From the human T2T-CHM13v2.0 reference genome, Homo sapiens, in the NCBI RefSeq assembly GCF_009914755.1, contig NC_060947.1: a stretch of DNA of 64,000 nt; one strand, written 5' to 3'. The position numbers and the translations under genes are program-made. Under the pieces are notes generated by a model. The model saw nothing but the letters and a program-made list of their open reading frames with translations, did not search any database and was not told where the DNA came from. This document shows positions 23,720 through 39,539 of the stretch, in pieces (position 1 is the stretch's first letter; each line of letters opens with the position of its first letter).

Positions 23720-26700
23720 ATTTTAACTTTATTTTTTGTGGGTACAGAGTAGGTGTATATATTTATGAAGTACATGAGATATTTTGATACAAGCATGCAA
23801 TGCATAATAATCATATCAGGATGAATGGGAGTATCCATTATCTCAAGCATTTTTCCCTCATGTTTCCAACAATCCAATTACACTCTTAGTTACTATAAAT
23901 GTCCAGTTAAATTTCTTTACAGTTGTCATCCTGTTGTGCTGTCAAATACAATGTCTTATTAATTCTTTGTAATTATTTTTTATACCCATTAACCTTCCTG
24001 AGTTTCTCCTCCTTCAACTACCCTTCCCAACCTCTGGTAACTATCCTTCTGCCCTCTAATTATTTGATTTTTAGCTCCCACAGATAGGGGGAATATGCAA
24101 TGTTTGTCTTTCAGTGCCTGTTTTATTTCACGTAGAATAGCGTCCTCCAGTTCAATCCATGTTGTTGCAAATGACAGGATCACTTTCTTTTTTATGGCTG
24201 AATGGTACTCCATTGCATAGATGTACCATATTTTCTTTATCCATTCATCTGTTGATGAACACTTAAGTTGCTTCAAAGTTTAGCTATTGTGAACAGTGCT
24301 GCAACAAACATGGCAGATGTATTTTAAATATACTGATTTTAAATATACTGATTTCCTATCTTTTGGGTATATACCCAGAAGTGTGACCCCTGGAGTATAT
24401 GGTAGTGCTATTTCTATGGTGAGAAATAGAGGTGTAGTTTCATTCTGCATATGCATATTCAGTTTTCTCAGCACCATTTATTAAAGAGACTCTCTTTTCC
24501 CCAGTGTATGTTCCTGGCACCTTTGTCGAAAAATGAGTTTAATGTAGGTGTGTGGATTTGTTTCTGGGTCCTCTATTCTGTTCCATTAGTCTTTGTTTCT
24601 GTTTTTATGCCAGTAACATGCTGTTTTGGTCACAATAACTCTGCAGTATAATTTGAAGTCAGGTAATGGGATCCCATTTTTTTTTTCCATTAGGATAGCT
24701 TTGGCTATTCTGGGTCCTTTGTGGTTCCATATAAGTTTTAGAGTTGTCTTTCTCTAGTTTTGAAGAATGTCATTGGTATTTTGACAGGGATTGCATTGAA
24801 GCTGTAGATTGCTTTGAGTAGTATGGTCATTTAAACAATATTGATTCTTCCAATCCATGAACATGAATTACCTTTCCAGTTTTTGGTGTCCTGTTCAATT
24901 TTTTTAATCAACATTTTATGGTCTTTATTAGAGAGAAATTTCACTTCTTTGGTTAAGTTGATAAGCATTTACTTTTATTTGTGGCTATTTTAATTGGGAT
25001 AACTTTATATTTCTTTTTCAGATTTTACACTGTTGATATACAGAAATGTTACTGATTTTTGTATGTTGATTAAGTATCCTGCAACTATAGTGAATTTGCT
25101 AGTTCAAACAGTTTTTTTAATAAAGTCTTTATGTTTTGCAAAATATGAGATCATATAATCTGCAAACAGGGATAATTTGACTTCTGCTTTTGCAGTTTGG
25201 ATGCCCTTTATTTCTTTCTCCTGCCTGATTGCTCTAGCTAGGACTTCCAGCGCTATGTTAAATAATAGTGGTGAAACTGGGCAACCTTGTCATGTTCCTG
25301 ATCTTAGAGGAAAGGATTCAGTATAAGACAAGTTGTGAATCTGTTGTATACAGCTTTTATGTTGAGATATGTTCATTCTATTACCAGTTTTGAGGGGCTT
25401 TACCACAAAGGAATGTTGAATTTTATCAAATGCTTTTTCAGCATCAATTGAAATGATCATATGGTCTTCTTCTTTCTGTCAATATGATGTATCAATTTAA
25501 TTGACTTGCCTATGTTGAAGGATACTTGCATCTCAGAGATAAATTCCACTTGGTCATGATGAATGATCTTTCTAATATATGGTTGAATTTGGTGTGCTAG
25601 TATTTTGTTGAAGATTTTTGTATCAATATTCATCAGATATATTGATCACTAGTTTTTTTTTAATGTCTCTTCATCTGCTTTTAGTACAAGGATAATAGTG
25701 GCCTTGTAGAATGAGCTTGCAAGTATTCCCTCCTCCTCTACTTTTTGGAATAGTTTGAGTAGGACTGGTATTTATTTTTCATTAAATATTTGGTAGAATA
25801 AACAGTGAAGCCATAGGGTCCTGGGATTTTGTTTTTTTCTGAGAGAATTTTTATTACAGCTTCTGTCTTGCTCCTTGTGGTTCGTCTGTTCAGCTTTATA
25901 GATCTATTCAGAGTTAAATTTGTAGGTTGTATATGTCTAGGAATTTGTCTATTTCTTCCAGAGTTTCCAATATATAGGCGTATTGTTGTTCATAGTAGCT
26001 ACTAATAATTATTTGAATTTTTGTGGTGTCAGTTGTAATGTAATGTCTTTTTTTTGTCAACTCTGATTTTATTCATTTGAATTAGCTCTCTTTTTTTCTT
26101 AGTCTTGTTAAAGGTTTGTCAATTTTTTTCTAAATTTTCAAAAATTCAACTTTTGTTTCATTGAACTTTTATATTATGATCTCATTGCAATTTCAATTAT
26201 TTTTGTTGTGACCTTTATTATCTATTTTCTTCTACTAATTGTGGGGTTTGTTTTGTTGTTGTTGTTCTAGTTCTTTAAGACACATAGATGATTGTTCATT
26301 TGAAGTTTTTTTATGTAGGCACTTATATACATTTTATATACACTTTATATATGCTTTTTTACGTAGGGGCTGCTACACACTTTACTTCTAATACTACTTT
26401 TGCTTAATCTCATAGGTTTTGGTATGTTGTGCTCCTATTATCATTTGTTTCAAAAATCTTTTTTTTTTTTTTAGATTTTCCTCTTAATTTTTTCATAGAC
26501 TCACTGGTCATTCAGGAGCATATTGTTTAATTTCCATGTATTTGTATAGCTTCCAAAATTCCTCTTGTTATGGATTTTTAGCTTTATTCCCCTGTGGTCA
26601 GGGAAAGTGCTCAATATTACTTCAATTTTTTTTAATGTTTTAGTCTTGTTTTGTGACTTAACATATGGCCTGTCCTTGAGAATAATCTATGTGCTAAGGA

Positions 26701-26944
26701 GAAGAAAGTGTATTCTGTAGCTCATGGATGTAATGTTCTGTAAATATCTATTCAATACATCTATTCTATAGTGCAGATTAAGGCCAATGTTGTTGTTGTT
26801 ATTGTTTTAATTTTCTGTACAGAAGATCTTTCCAATGCTGAAAGTGTGGTGTTGAAGTCTCCGGCTATTGCTGTACTGGAATCTATCTTTCTGCTTATCT
26901 CTAATAATATTTGCTTTATATGTCTGTGTGTTCCAGTGTTGGAG

Positions 26945-27008
<64 letters not shown>

Positions 27009-28224
27009 TGGCTAAAATGACTGTTTTATTCTGTTTTATTATTATATGATAACCTTCTTTGTCTCGTCTGATAGATTTTGTCCTAAAAACTAATTTATCT
27101 TATATAAGTATAGCTACTGCTTTTCTTTTTTAATTTCAATTTGCATGAAATCTCTTTTTCCATTTCTTTATTTTAATTCTACATGTTTCTTTATAGGTGA
27201 TGTGTATTTCTTGCAGCAACAGATCACTGGTTCTTTTCTTTTTTTATCCATTCAGCCAGTCTATGTCTTTTAATTGGTGAGTTTAGTACATTTATATTCA
27301 ATGTTATTATTGATAAGTAATAATTCACTCTTGCCATTTTGTTTTTTGTTTTGGGTTGTTTTGTGGTCTTCCTTTCCTCCTTTTTTTCTTAACTGTCTTC
27401 CTGTTAGTGAAGGCAATTGTCTCTGTTTATATAATCTAGTTTTTTTCTTTTTTTTTTGTATCTATTATATGTTGTTTGCTCTGAAGTTACCATGAGACAT
27501 GCAAATACAATCTTATGCCCCATTATTTTAACCTGATAACAACCAACAGTTTGTGTAAACAAACAAACAAGCAGAAAATACTAATAAAGATTCTATGAGT
27601 TAACTTCATTCCCCTACTTTTTAACTTTTTGTTGTTTCTATATATTGAATTATAATTTGATGTTTTGAAAAATTGTTATCATTTTTTATTACTTTACAAT
27701 TTACTCTTTTTACTTGACTAGTTTACATACCACAGTTACAGTGTATATATATATATACATAGTTACAGTGTATATATATATATATATATATATATATTTC
27801 TTTTCTTGTGTATGTACTTACTATTGACAATGAGTTTTATACCTTCAGGTGTTTTCTTATTGCTCACTGTATTCTTTTTTTCCGACTGAAGTACTTCCTT
27901 TTGCATTTCTTCTAGATCAGTTCTGGTGTTGATTAAGTCCTTTAGCTTGTACTTGTCTCTTGAAGTTTTTATTTTTCCTTAATGTTTGAAGGACATTTTC
28001 GCAAGAAACACTGTTGTAGGGTCATTGTTTTCATCTTATTTTTAGTATCTTAAATATATCATGCCACTTTCTCCTCTATTTTAAAGTTTACACAGTAGAG
28101 TCTGCTGTCAGGTATATTAGAGTTCAATTGTATTTTACTTGTTTCTTTATTCTTGCTGCTTTTCAGAACCTTTCTTTTTTTTGGACTTCGAAGTTTGATT
28201 TCTAAATGCCTTATGTTAGTCTTC
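23720..28224 (-). mobile_element. L1MA (MA2-4-like): 3'UTR, ORF2, ORF1 end
   Basis: 3' end ttttgtgggtacagagtaggtgtatatatttatg; ORF2 C-terminus KCSSTDEWIKKIW; internal deletion near 24417. Confidence 0.85.
26948..27005. repeat. (TA)n microsatellite
   Basis: Direct reading; a second (TA)n with a duplicated agttacagtgta flank lies at about 27733-27797. Confidence 0.97.
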
Positions 28225-30063
<1,839 letters not shown>

Positions 30064-30941
30064 AATGAACTCAAACAAATTTACAAGAAAAAAACAAACA
30101 ACCTCACCAAAAAGTGGGTGAAGGATATGAACAGACACTTCTCAAAAGAAGACATTTATGCAGCCAAAAGACAAATGAAAAAATGCTCATCATCCCTGGC
30201 CATCAGAGAAATGCAAATCAAAACCACAATGAGATACCATCTCACACCAGTTAGAATGGTGGTCATTAAAAAGTCAGGAAACAGCAGTTGCTAGAGAGGA
30301 TGTGGAGAAATAGGAACACTTTTACACTGATGTTGGGACTGTAAACTAGTTGAACCATTGTGGAAGTCAGTGTGGCGATTCCTTGGGGATCTAGAACTAG
30401 AAATACCATTTGACCCACCCATCCCATTACTGGGTATATACCCAAAGGATTGTAAAACATGCTGCTATAAAGACGCATGCACACATATGTTTATTGCGGC
30501 ACTATTCACAATAGCAAAGACTTGGAACCAACCCAAATGTTCAACAATGATAGACTGGATTAAGAAAATGTGGCACATATACATCATGAAATACTATGCA
30601 GCCATAAAAAAGGATGAGTTCATGTCCTTTGTAGGGACGTGGATGAAGCTGGCAACCATCATTCTCAGCAAAGTATCACAAGGACAAAAAACCAAACACC
30701 GTGTGTTCTCACTCATAGTTGGGATTTGAACAATGAGAACACTTGGACACAGGAAGGGGGACATCACACACTGGGGCCTGTCATGGGGTTGGAGGAGGGG
30801 GGAGGGATAACTTTAGGAGATATACCTAATGTAAATGAGGAGTTAATGGTGCAGCACACCAACAAGGCACATGTATACATGTGTAAGAAACCTGCACAAT
30901 GTGCACATGTACCCTAGAACTTAAAGTATTAAAAAAAAAAA
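30064..30941 (+). mobile_element. 5'-truncated L1PA (about PA4-6), last 0.88 kb, fused head-to-head to the previous copy
   Basis: Orientation flips at gattttgtatcct|aatgaactcaaac; ORF2 C-terminus 30358-30729; 3'UTR and poly-A 30931-30941. Confidence 0.95.
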
Positions 30942-33590
30942 GAGCCTACCTACCAAAGGAAGCCCAGGATCAGACGGAATAACAGCCAAATTCTACTAGA
31001 GGTACAGAGGAGCTGGTACCATTCATCTGAAACTATTCCAAACGATAGAAGAAAGAGGGACTCCTCCTTAACTCATTTTATGAAGCCAGCATCATCCTGA
31101 TACCAAAACCTGGCAGAGACACCACAAAAAAATTTTCAGGCCAATATTCCTGATAAACATCGATGCAAAAATCCTCAATGAAATACTGACTAACCATATC
31201 CAGCAGCATATTAAGAAGCTTATCCACCATGATCAATTTGGTTTCATCCCTGGGATGCAAGGCTGGTTCGACATATGCAAATCAGTAAACATAATCCATC
31301 ACATAAACAGAACCAATGATAAACACCACATGATTATCTCAATAGATGCAGAAAAGGCCTTCGATAAAATTCAACAGCCTTTCATGCTAAAAACACTCAG
31401 TAAACTAGGTATTGACGGAACGTATTTCAAAATAATAAGAGCTATTTATGACAAACCTGCAGCCAATATCATACTGAATGGGCAAAAGCCAGAAGCAGTC
31501 CCTTTGAAAACTGGCACAAGACAAAGATGGCCTCTCTCAATACTCTTATTCAACATAGTATTGGAAGTTCTGGCCAGGGCAATCAGGCAAGAGAAAGAAA
31601 TAAACTGTACTCAAATAAGATGAGAGGAAGTCAAATTATCTCTGTTTTCAGATGACCTGGTTGTATATTTACAAAACCCCATTGTCTCAGCCAAAAACTC
31701 CTTAAGCTGATAAACAACTGTAGTAAAGTCTCAGGATACAACATCAATGTGCAAAAATCACAAGCATTCCTATATACCAATAATAGACAGAGAGCCAAAT
31801 CATGAGTAAACTCCCAAATCTCAATTGCTACAAAGAGAATAAAATACCTAGGAATACAGCTTACAAGGGATGTGAAGGACATCTTCAAGTATAACTACAA
31901 ACCACTGCTCAAGGAAATAAGAGAGGACACAAACAAATGGAAAAACATGCCATGCTCATGGATAGGAAGAATCAATATCATGAAAATGGTCATACTGCCC
32001 AAAGTAATTTATAGATTTAATGCTATTCCCATCAAGCTACCATTGACTTTCTTCACAGAATTAGAAAAAAGCTACTTTAAATTTCATATGGAACCCAATA
32101 AGGAGCCCGTATACCCAAGACAATCCTCAACAAAAAGAACAAAACTGGAGACATCATGGTACCTGACTTCAAACTATACTACAAGGCTACAGTAACCAAA
32201 ACAGCATGGTACTGGTACCAAAACAGATATGTAGACCAATGGAACAGAACAGAGTCCTCAGAAATAACACCACACATCTACATCCTTTTGATCTTCAACA
32301 AACCTGACAAAAACAAGCAATGAGGAAAGGATTCCCTATTTAATAAATGGTGTTGGGAAACTGGCTACCCATATGCAGAAAACTGAAAGTGAACCCCTTC
32401 CTTACACCTTATACAAAAATTAACTCAAGATATATTAAACACTTAAATGTAAGACATAAAACCATAAAAACCCTAGAAGAAAACCTAGGCAATATCATTC
32501 AGGACATAGGCATGGGCACAGTCTTCATGACTAAAACACCAAAAGCAATTGCAACAAAAGCCAAAATTGACAAATGAGATATAATTAAACTAAATAGCTT
32601 CTGCACACCGAAAGAAATGCTCATCAGAGTGAACAGGCAACCTACAGAATGTGAGAAAATTTTTACAATCTCTCCATCTGACAAAGGGCCGATATCCAGA
32701 ATCTACAAGGAACTTATACAAATTTACAAAAAAAAAAACGCAAAGAACCCCTTCAAAAATTAGGCAAAGGATATGAACAGCCACTTTTCAAAAGATGACA
32801 TTCATATGAACATATGAAAAAAAGCTCATCATCACTGGTCATTAGAGAAATGCAAATCAAAACTACAATGAGATACCATCTCACACCAGTTAAAATGGCA
32901 ATCATTAAACACTCAGGAAACTACAGATGCTGGAGAGGATGTGGAGAAATAGGAACACTTTTACACTGTTGGTCTGAGTGTAAATTTGTTCAACCATTGT
33001 TGAAGACAATGTGGCAATTCCTCAAGTATCCTGAACTAGAAATACCGTTTGACCCAGGAATCCCATTACTGGTTATATATCCAAAGGATTATAAATCATT
33101 CTACTATGAAGACACATGTGTGCGTATGTTTATTGCAGCACTATTCACAATAGCAAAGACTTGGAACCAACCCAAATGCCCATCAATGATAGACTGGATA
33201 AAGAAAACGTGGTACATGTACACCATGGAATACTAAGCAGCCATAAAAAAGAATGAGTTCATGTCCTTTGCAGGGACATGGATGAAGCTGGAAACCATCA
33301 TTCTCAGCAAACTAACACAGGAACAGAAAACCAAACACTGCATGTTCTCACTCATAAGTGGGAGTTGAACAATGAGAACATGTGGGCACAGGGAAGGGAA
33401 CATCACACACCAGGGCCTCTCAGGAAGTAGGAGGAAAGGGGAGGGATAGCATTAGAAAATACCTGTTGTAGATGACGGGTTGATGGTGCAGCAAACTACA
33501 ATGGCACATGTATACCTATGTAACAAACCTGCACATTCTGCACCTGTATTCCAGAACTTAAAGTATAATAAAAAATAAAAATAAAAAAAC
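30942..33590 (+). mobile_element. L1PA7/8-like 3' half
   Basis: RT frames [16 protein letters not shown]; C-terminus KSFYYEDTC; 3'UTR acctatgtaacaaacctgcac and A-rich tail. Confidence 0.9.
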
Positions 33591-35810
<2,220 letters not shown>

Positions 35811-35811
35811 T

Positions 35812-36627
35812 GTCACTAATCATTAGAAAATTGAAAATCAAAACTGCAATGAAATATTATCTTGCTTCAGGGCTGTTATTATTAAAAAAGACAAAGAGTG
35901 ACAGATTCTAGCTAGGATGCAGAGAAAAAGGATCTCTTACAGACTGTTGCTTAGAATGTAAATTAGTACAGCCACTGTGATAAATAGTATGAAGAGTTTT
36001 CAAACAACTAGAAATGAAATGACCATACAATCCAGTAATCTCACTATTGGATATTTATACAAATAAGAACAAGTCAATTTATACAATTTATACAAATAAG
36101 AACAAGTCAATAAGCCCACAATATGTTTATTGCAGCAGTATTCATAATAGCAAAGATAAAGAATTAACCTAAGTTTTCACCGACAGATGAATAGATAAAA
36201 AGGAGATGGTATATTTACTTGTGAAATTAACCAAGCACAGAAAGACAAACTTTGCATGTTTTCACTCAGACACAGGAACTAAAAAGTGCATCTCGTGGAA
36301 GTAGAGAGTAGAATGATGGATACTTGAGGTTGGGAAGTGTGGGGAGGAAATGAATAGAAGTTGGTTAATGGGTACAAAAATACAGTTGGATAGAAGAAAT
36401 GATTCAATGTTCAGTAGCAAAGTAGGGTGATTATAGTTAACAACAATGTATTATATATTTCAAAATAGCTAGAACACAGAACTCTAAATGTTCCTGACAC
36501 ATAGAGATAATAAATACCTGAAGGGATGAATACCCTAAATGCCCCAGCTTGACTATTCACATTCTATACATTTGTTAAATGGTATTATTTCATGTATTCC
36601 ATAAATATGTACAAATATTATGTATCA
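35812..36627 (+). mobile_element. L1MA 3' end
   Basis: ORF2 C-terminal remnant and L1MA 3'UTR (gttggttaatgggtacaaaaatacagtt, ataaatatgtacaaatattatgtatca). Confidence 0.8.
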
Positions 36628-36647
36628 TTGTTCTGTTTAATCTCTCT

Positions 36648-36995
36648 GGTATGGTCTGAAGTTTTAAGTCTCTCTGAAATTTGTATGTTGAACCTCTAAC
36701 CCCAGAGGTGATGGTATTAGGAGATGGATCCTTGTGGAGGTGATTAAGTTTTGACAGCAGATTCCTTATTAATGGGATTAGGATCTTTATAAATGAAGCC
36801 CAAGGGAGCTAATTTCTGCCTTTTATCATGTGAAGACACAGTGAAAACGTGCTGTGGAAAAGTAGGCTTTTATTAGTCACCAAATCTGCCAGTGTCTTGG
36901 ACTTCCCCACATCCTAAACTGTGAGAAATATTCTTCTGTTTTATACAAGCCTGTCAATATATGTCTTGTTATAGCAGCCTGAACAGACTAAGAAA
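36648..36995 (+). mobile_element. MaLR solo LTR (MLT1A-like)
   Basis: gtgatggtattaggagatgg..gaggtgatta; ends ttgttatagcagcctgaacagactaaga. Confidence 0.8.
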
Positions 36996-37394
36996 ATGTG
37001 ATGGTTAATACTGAGTGTCAACTTGATTGGATGGAAGCATGCAAAGTATTGTTCCTGGGTGTGTCTGTGAGGGTGTTGCCAAAAGAAATTAAAATTTAAT
37101 TCAGTGAGCTGAGAAAGACAGTCTCACCATTAATCTGGGTGGGTACTATCTAATCAGCTGCCAGTGCAGCTAGAATATAAAGCAGGCAGAAAAAGCTGAA
37201 AAGGCTAGGCTGGCCTAGCCTTCCAGCATACATCTTTCTCCCGTGCTGGATGCTTCCTACCCTCTAACGTCGGATTCCAAGTTTTTCAGTTTGGGGACTT
37301 GGACTGGCACTCCTTGCTCCTCAGTTTGCAGATGGCCTATTTTAGGATGGCCTATTTTAGGACCTTGTGATTGTGTGAGTTAATAAATTTCGCC

Positions 37395-37414
37395 TCATAT
37401 ATATGTTAATGAAC

Positions 37415-37451
<37 letters not shown>

Positions 37452-37558
37452 GTTGATAAACTCCCCTTCATATATTATATATAATAGTTGATAAACTCCC
37501 CTTCATATATTATATATATAAGTTGATAAACTCCTCTTCATATATTATATATACAGAA

Positions 37559-37615
<57 letters not shown>
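37395..37615. repeat. Compound satellite in the 5' MLT2A LTR: (TA)n, three 33-35 bp units, (TATATG)n
   Basis: agttgataaactcc(c/t)cttcatatattatatata occurs three times; absent from the 3' LTR. Confidence 0.92.
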
Positions 37616-37747
37616 CCTGTTGGTTCTGTTCCTCTAGAGAACCTGGACTAATATAGATTTTCGTACCAGTAATGGTTCTAGAGGAACAGAATATTAAAAA
37701 TGGAGTCCTTTCATTGGTTTTGAAGTTTCTGGAGTAGGCTGCTTAAT

Positions 37748-39450
37748 ATGATTAGACCCAAAAATGCTAAGGATTCTACTTCTAATAGTATGGAGAATAT
37801 TGAGGTTCCTTGGCATGAATTGTTTAGAGACTTATGCAAAGTAAATGCATTTGACACTCTTGATTCAATCCTTGGGAGAGGCAAATAGTTTAGTGCCACT
37901 ATACATAATATCTTTGACCATATGTGGAGAACAAAGGAACAAAATGAATCAGGTTGGTTGTTCCTGAGTTCAATGGACAAAATGATGAAAGACAATGATG
38001 AACTCAGGGACTCTAACTCCCAGCTTCAGAAGAAGATACTGAACCTCAAATCTGCTAAGATTGCCCTGAGTGAGAGTCTTATCTCCTAAAGAGAAGAAGC
38101 TGAAATTGTGGAAAAACAGACACAAATTCTTTTCACGTGAGTGGCTGACATGCAATCAAAGGTGCATGCACAGACTCACCAGGTGTCTACTGTTAAAGTG
38201 AGGGCATTGATTGGAAAAGAATGGGACCCTGCAACTTGGAATGGGGATGTGTGGGAGGACTCTGATGAAGCTGGGGACACTGAGTTTGTAAACTCTGATT
38301 AACTTTTTTTTGCCAGAAGAAACAGCATCCCCATCCCCAGTAGTGGCAACATACACTCCGCAACCTATGCTACCATCAGCCTTTCCACCTTTGTCTGAGG
38401 AGATAAATCCTGTGCTGCCTGAGACAACAGTGATGGCCTCCCCTGAGGCAGTTACCAGGCAAGATAATGTTGATTCTCCTCAGAAGCCACCCCCTACACC
38501 CATGTTTGCTTCTAGACCTATAACTAGACTAAAGCCCCGGAGAGCCCCTAGTGGTGAGGTTGAGAGTGTGACCATGAGGAGATATGCCATACTCAAAAAG
38601 AACTGCTTGATTTTTCTAATTTATAAACAGAAACCTGGAGAACAGGCATGGGAATGGATATTAAGGGTGTGGGATAATGGTGGAAGGAAAATAGAGTTGG
38701 ATCAGACTGAATTTGTTGATTTGGGCCCACTAACTAGGGACTCTTTTTTTAATGTTGCAACTCAGGGAGTTAAAAAAAAAAAGGTTTTAGTAGTTAATTT
38801 GCTTGGTTAGCTGAAATATGGATTAAAAGATGGCCCACTGTGAGCGAGCTGAAAATGCCTGATCTCCCTTGGTTTAATGTAGAGGAAGGGATCCAAAGGC
38901 TTAAAAAGATTGGGATGGTGGAGTGGATTAGTCACTTTAGACCTACTCCTCTCAGCATGGAAGGTCCAGAACATATACTCTTGACCAACACCTTGTTAAA
39001 TAGATATGTGAAGGCAGCACCTGCATCTTTGAAGAGCCCTTTAACTGCTCTTCTCTTTATGTCAGATCTAACTGTGGGAACCACATTCTCTCAACTACAA
39101 AATTTAAATACAATGGGAATATTTGGGTCCTCATGTGACAGGAGCCAAGTGGCAGCACTCAACCATCAAAGGCAAGGTGGGCATAGCTATTGTAAGGGAC
39201 AGCAGAGGCAAAATGGCAATCAGCATAGACTGACTCGTGTAGAGCTCTGGAATTGACTAACTAGTCACGGTCTTCCTAGAAGTGAAATTGATAGGAAGCC
39301 TACTGCATTTCTACTTAATTTATATAAGGAAAAAACTTTTAGGTCTAATGGGCAGAATACTAATTTGAATTATAAAAACAGAGAATCATGGTCCCTCAAT
39401 CAATTTCCAGAATTGAGCCAGTTTACAGACACTGAACCCCTTGAATGAAG
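37748..39450 (+). pseudogene. gag: HERV-L gag remnant
   Basis: YKQKPGEQAWEWILRVWDNGG, MPDLPWFNVEEGIQRL, QVAALNHQRQ; disrupted by stops and frameshifts. Confidence 0.88.
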
Positions 39451-39539
39451 GGGAAGCTGTGTCCCCTTGAGGAAAGACCTCATTACACTGCTGGCAATTT
39501 ATGCTGTTAATCTTTCTCCCATCCTTCCCTGAGAAGACT

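Noticed and set aside
24322-24355. Short tandem duplications (also 36053-36110)
   Set aside because: Common slippage events inside decayed L1 with no sign of function
37448-37552. CRISPR-like array (also 60622-60722)
   Set aside because: Units are directly adjacent with no unique spacers, there are no cas genes, and the context is eukaryotic
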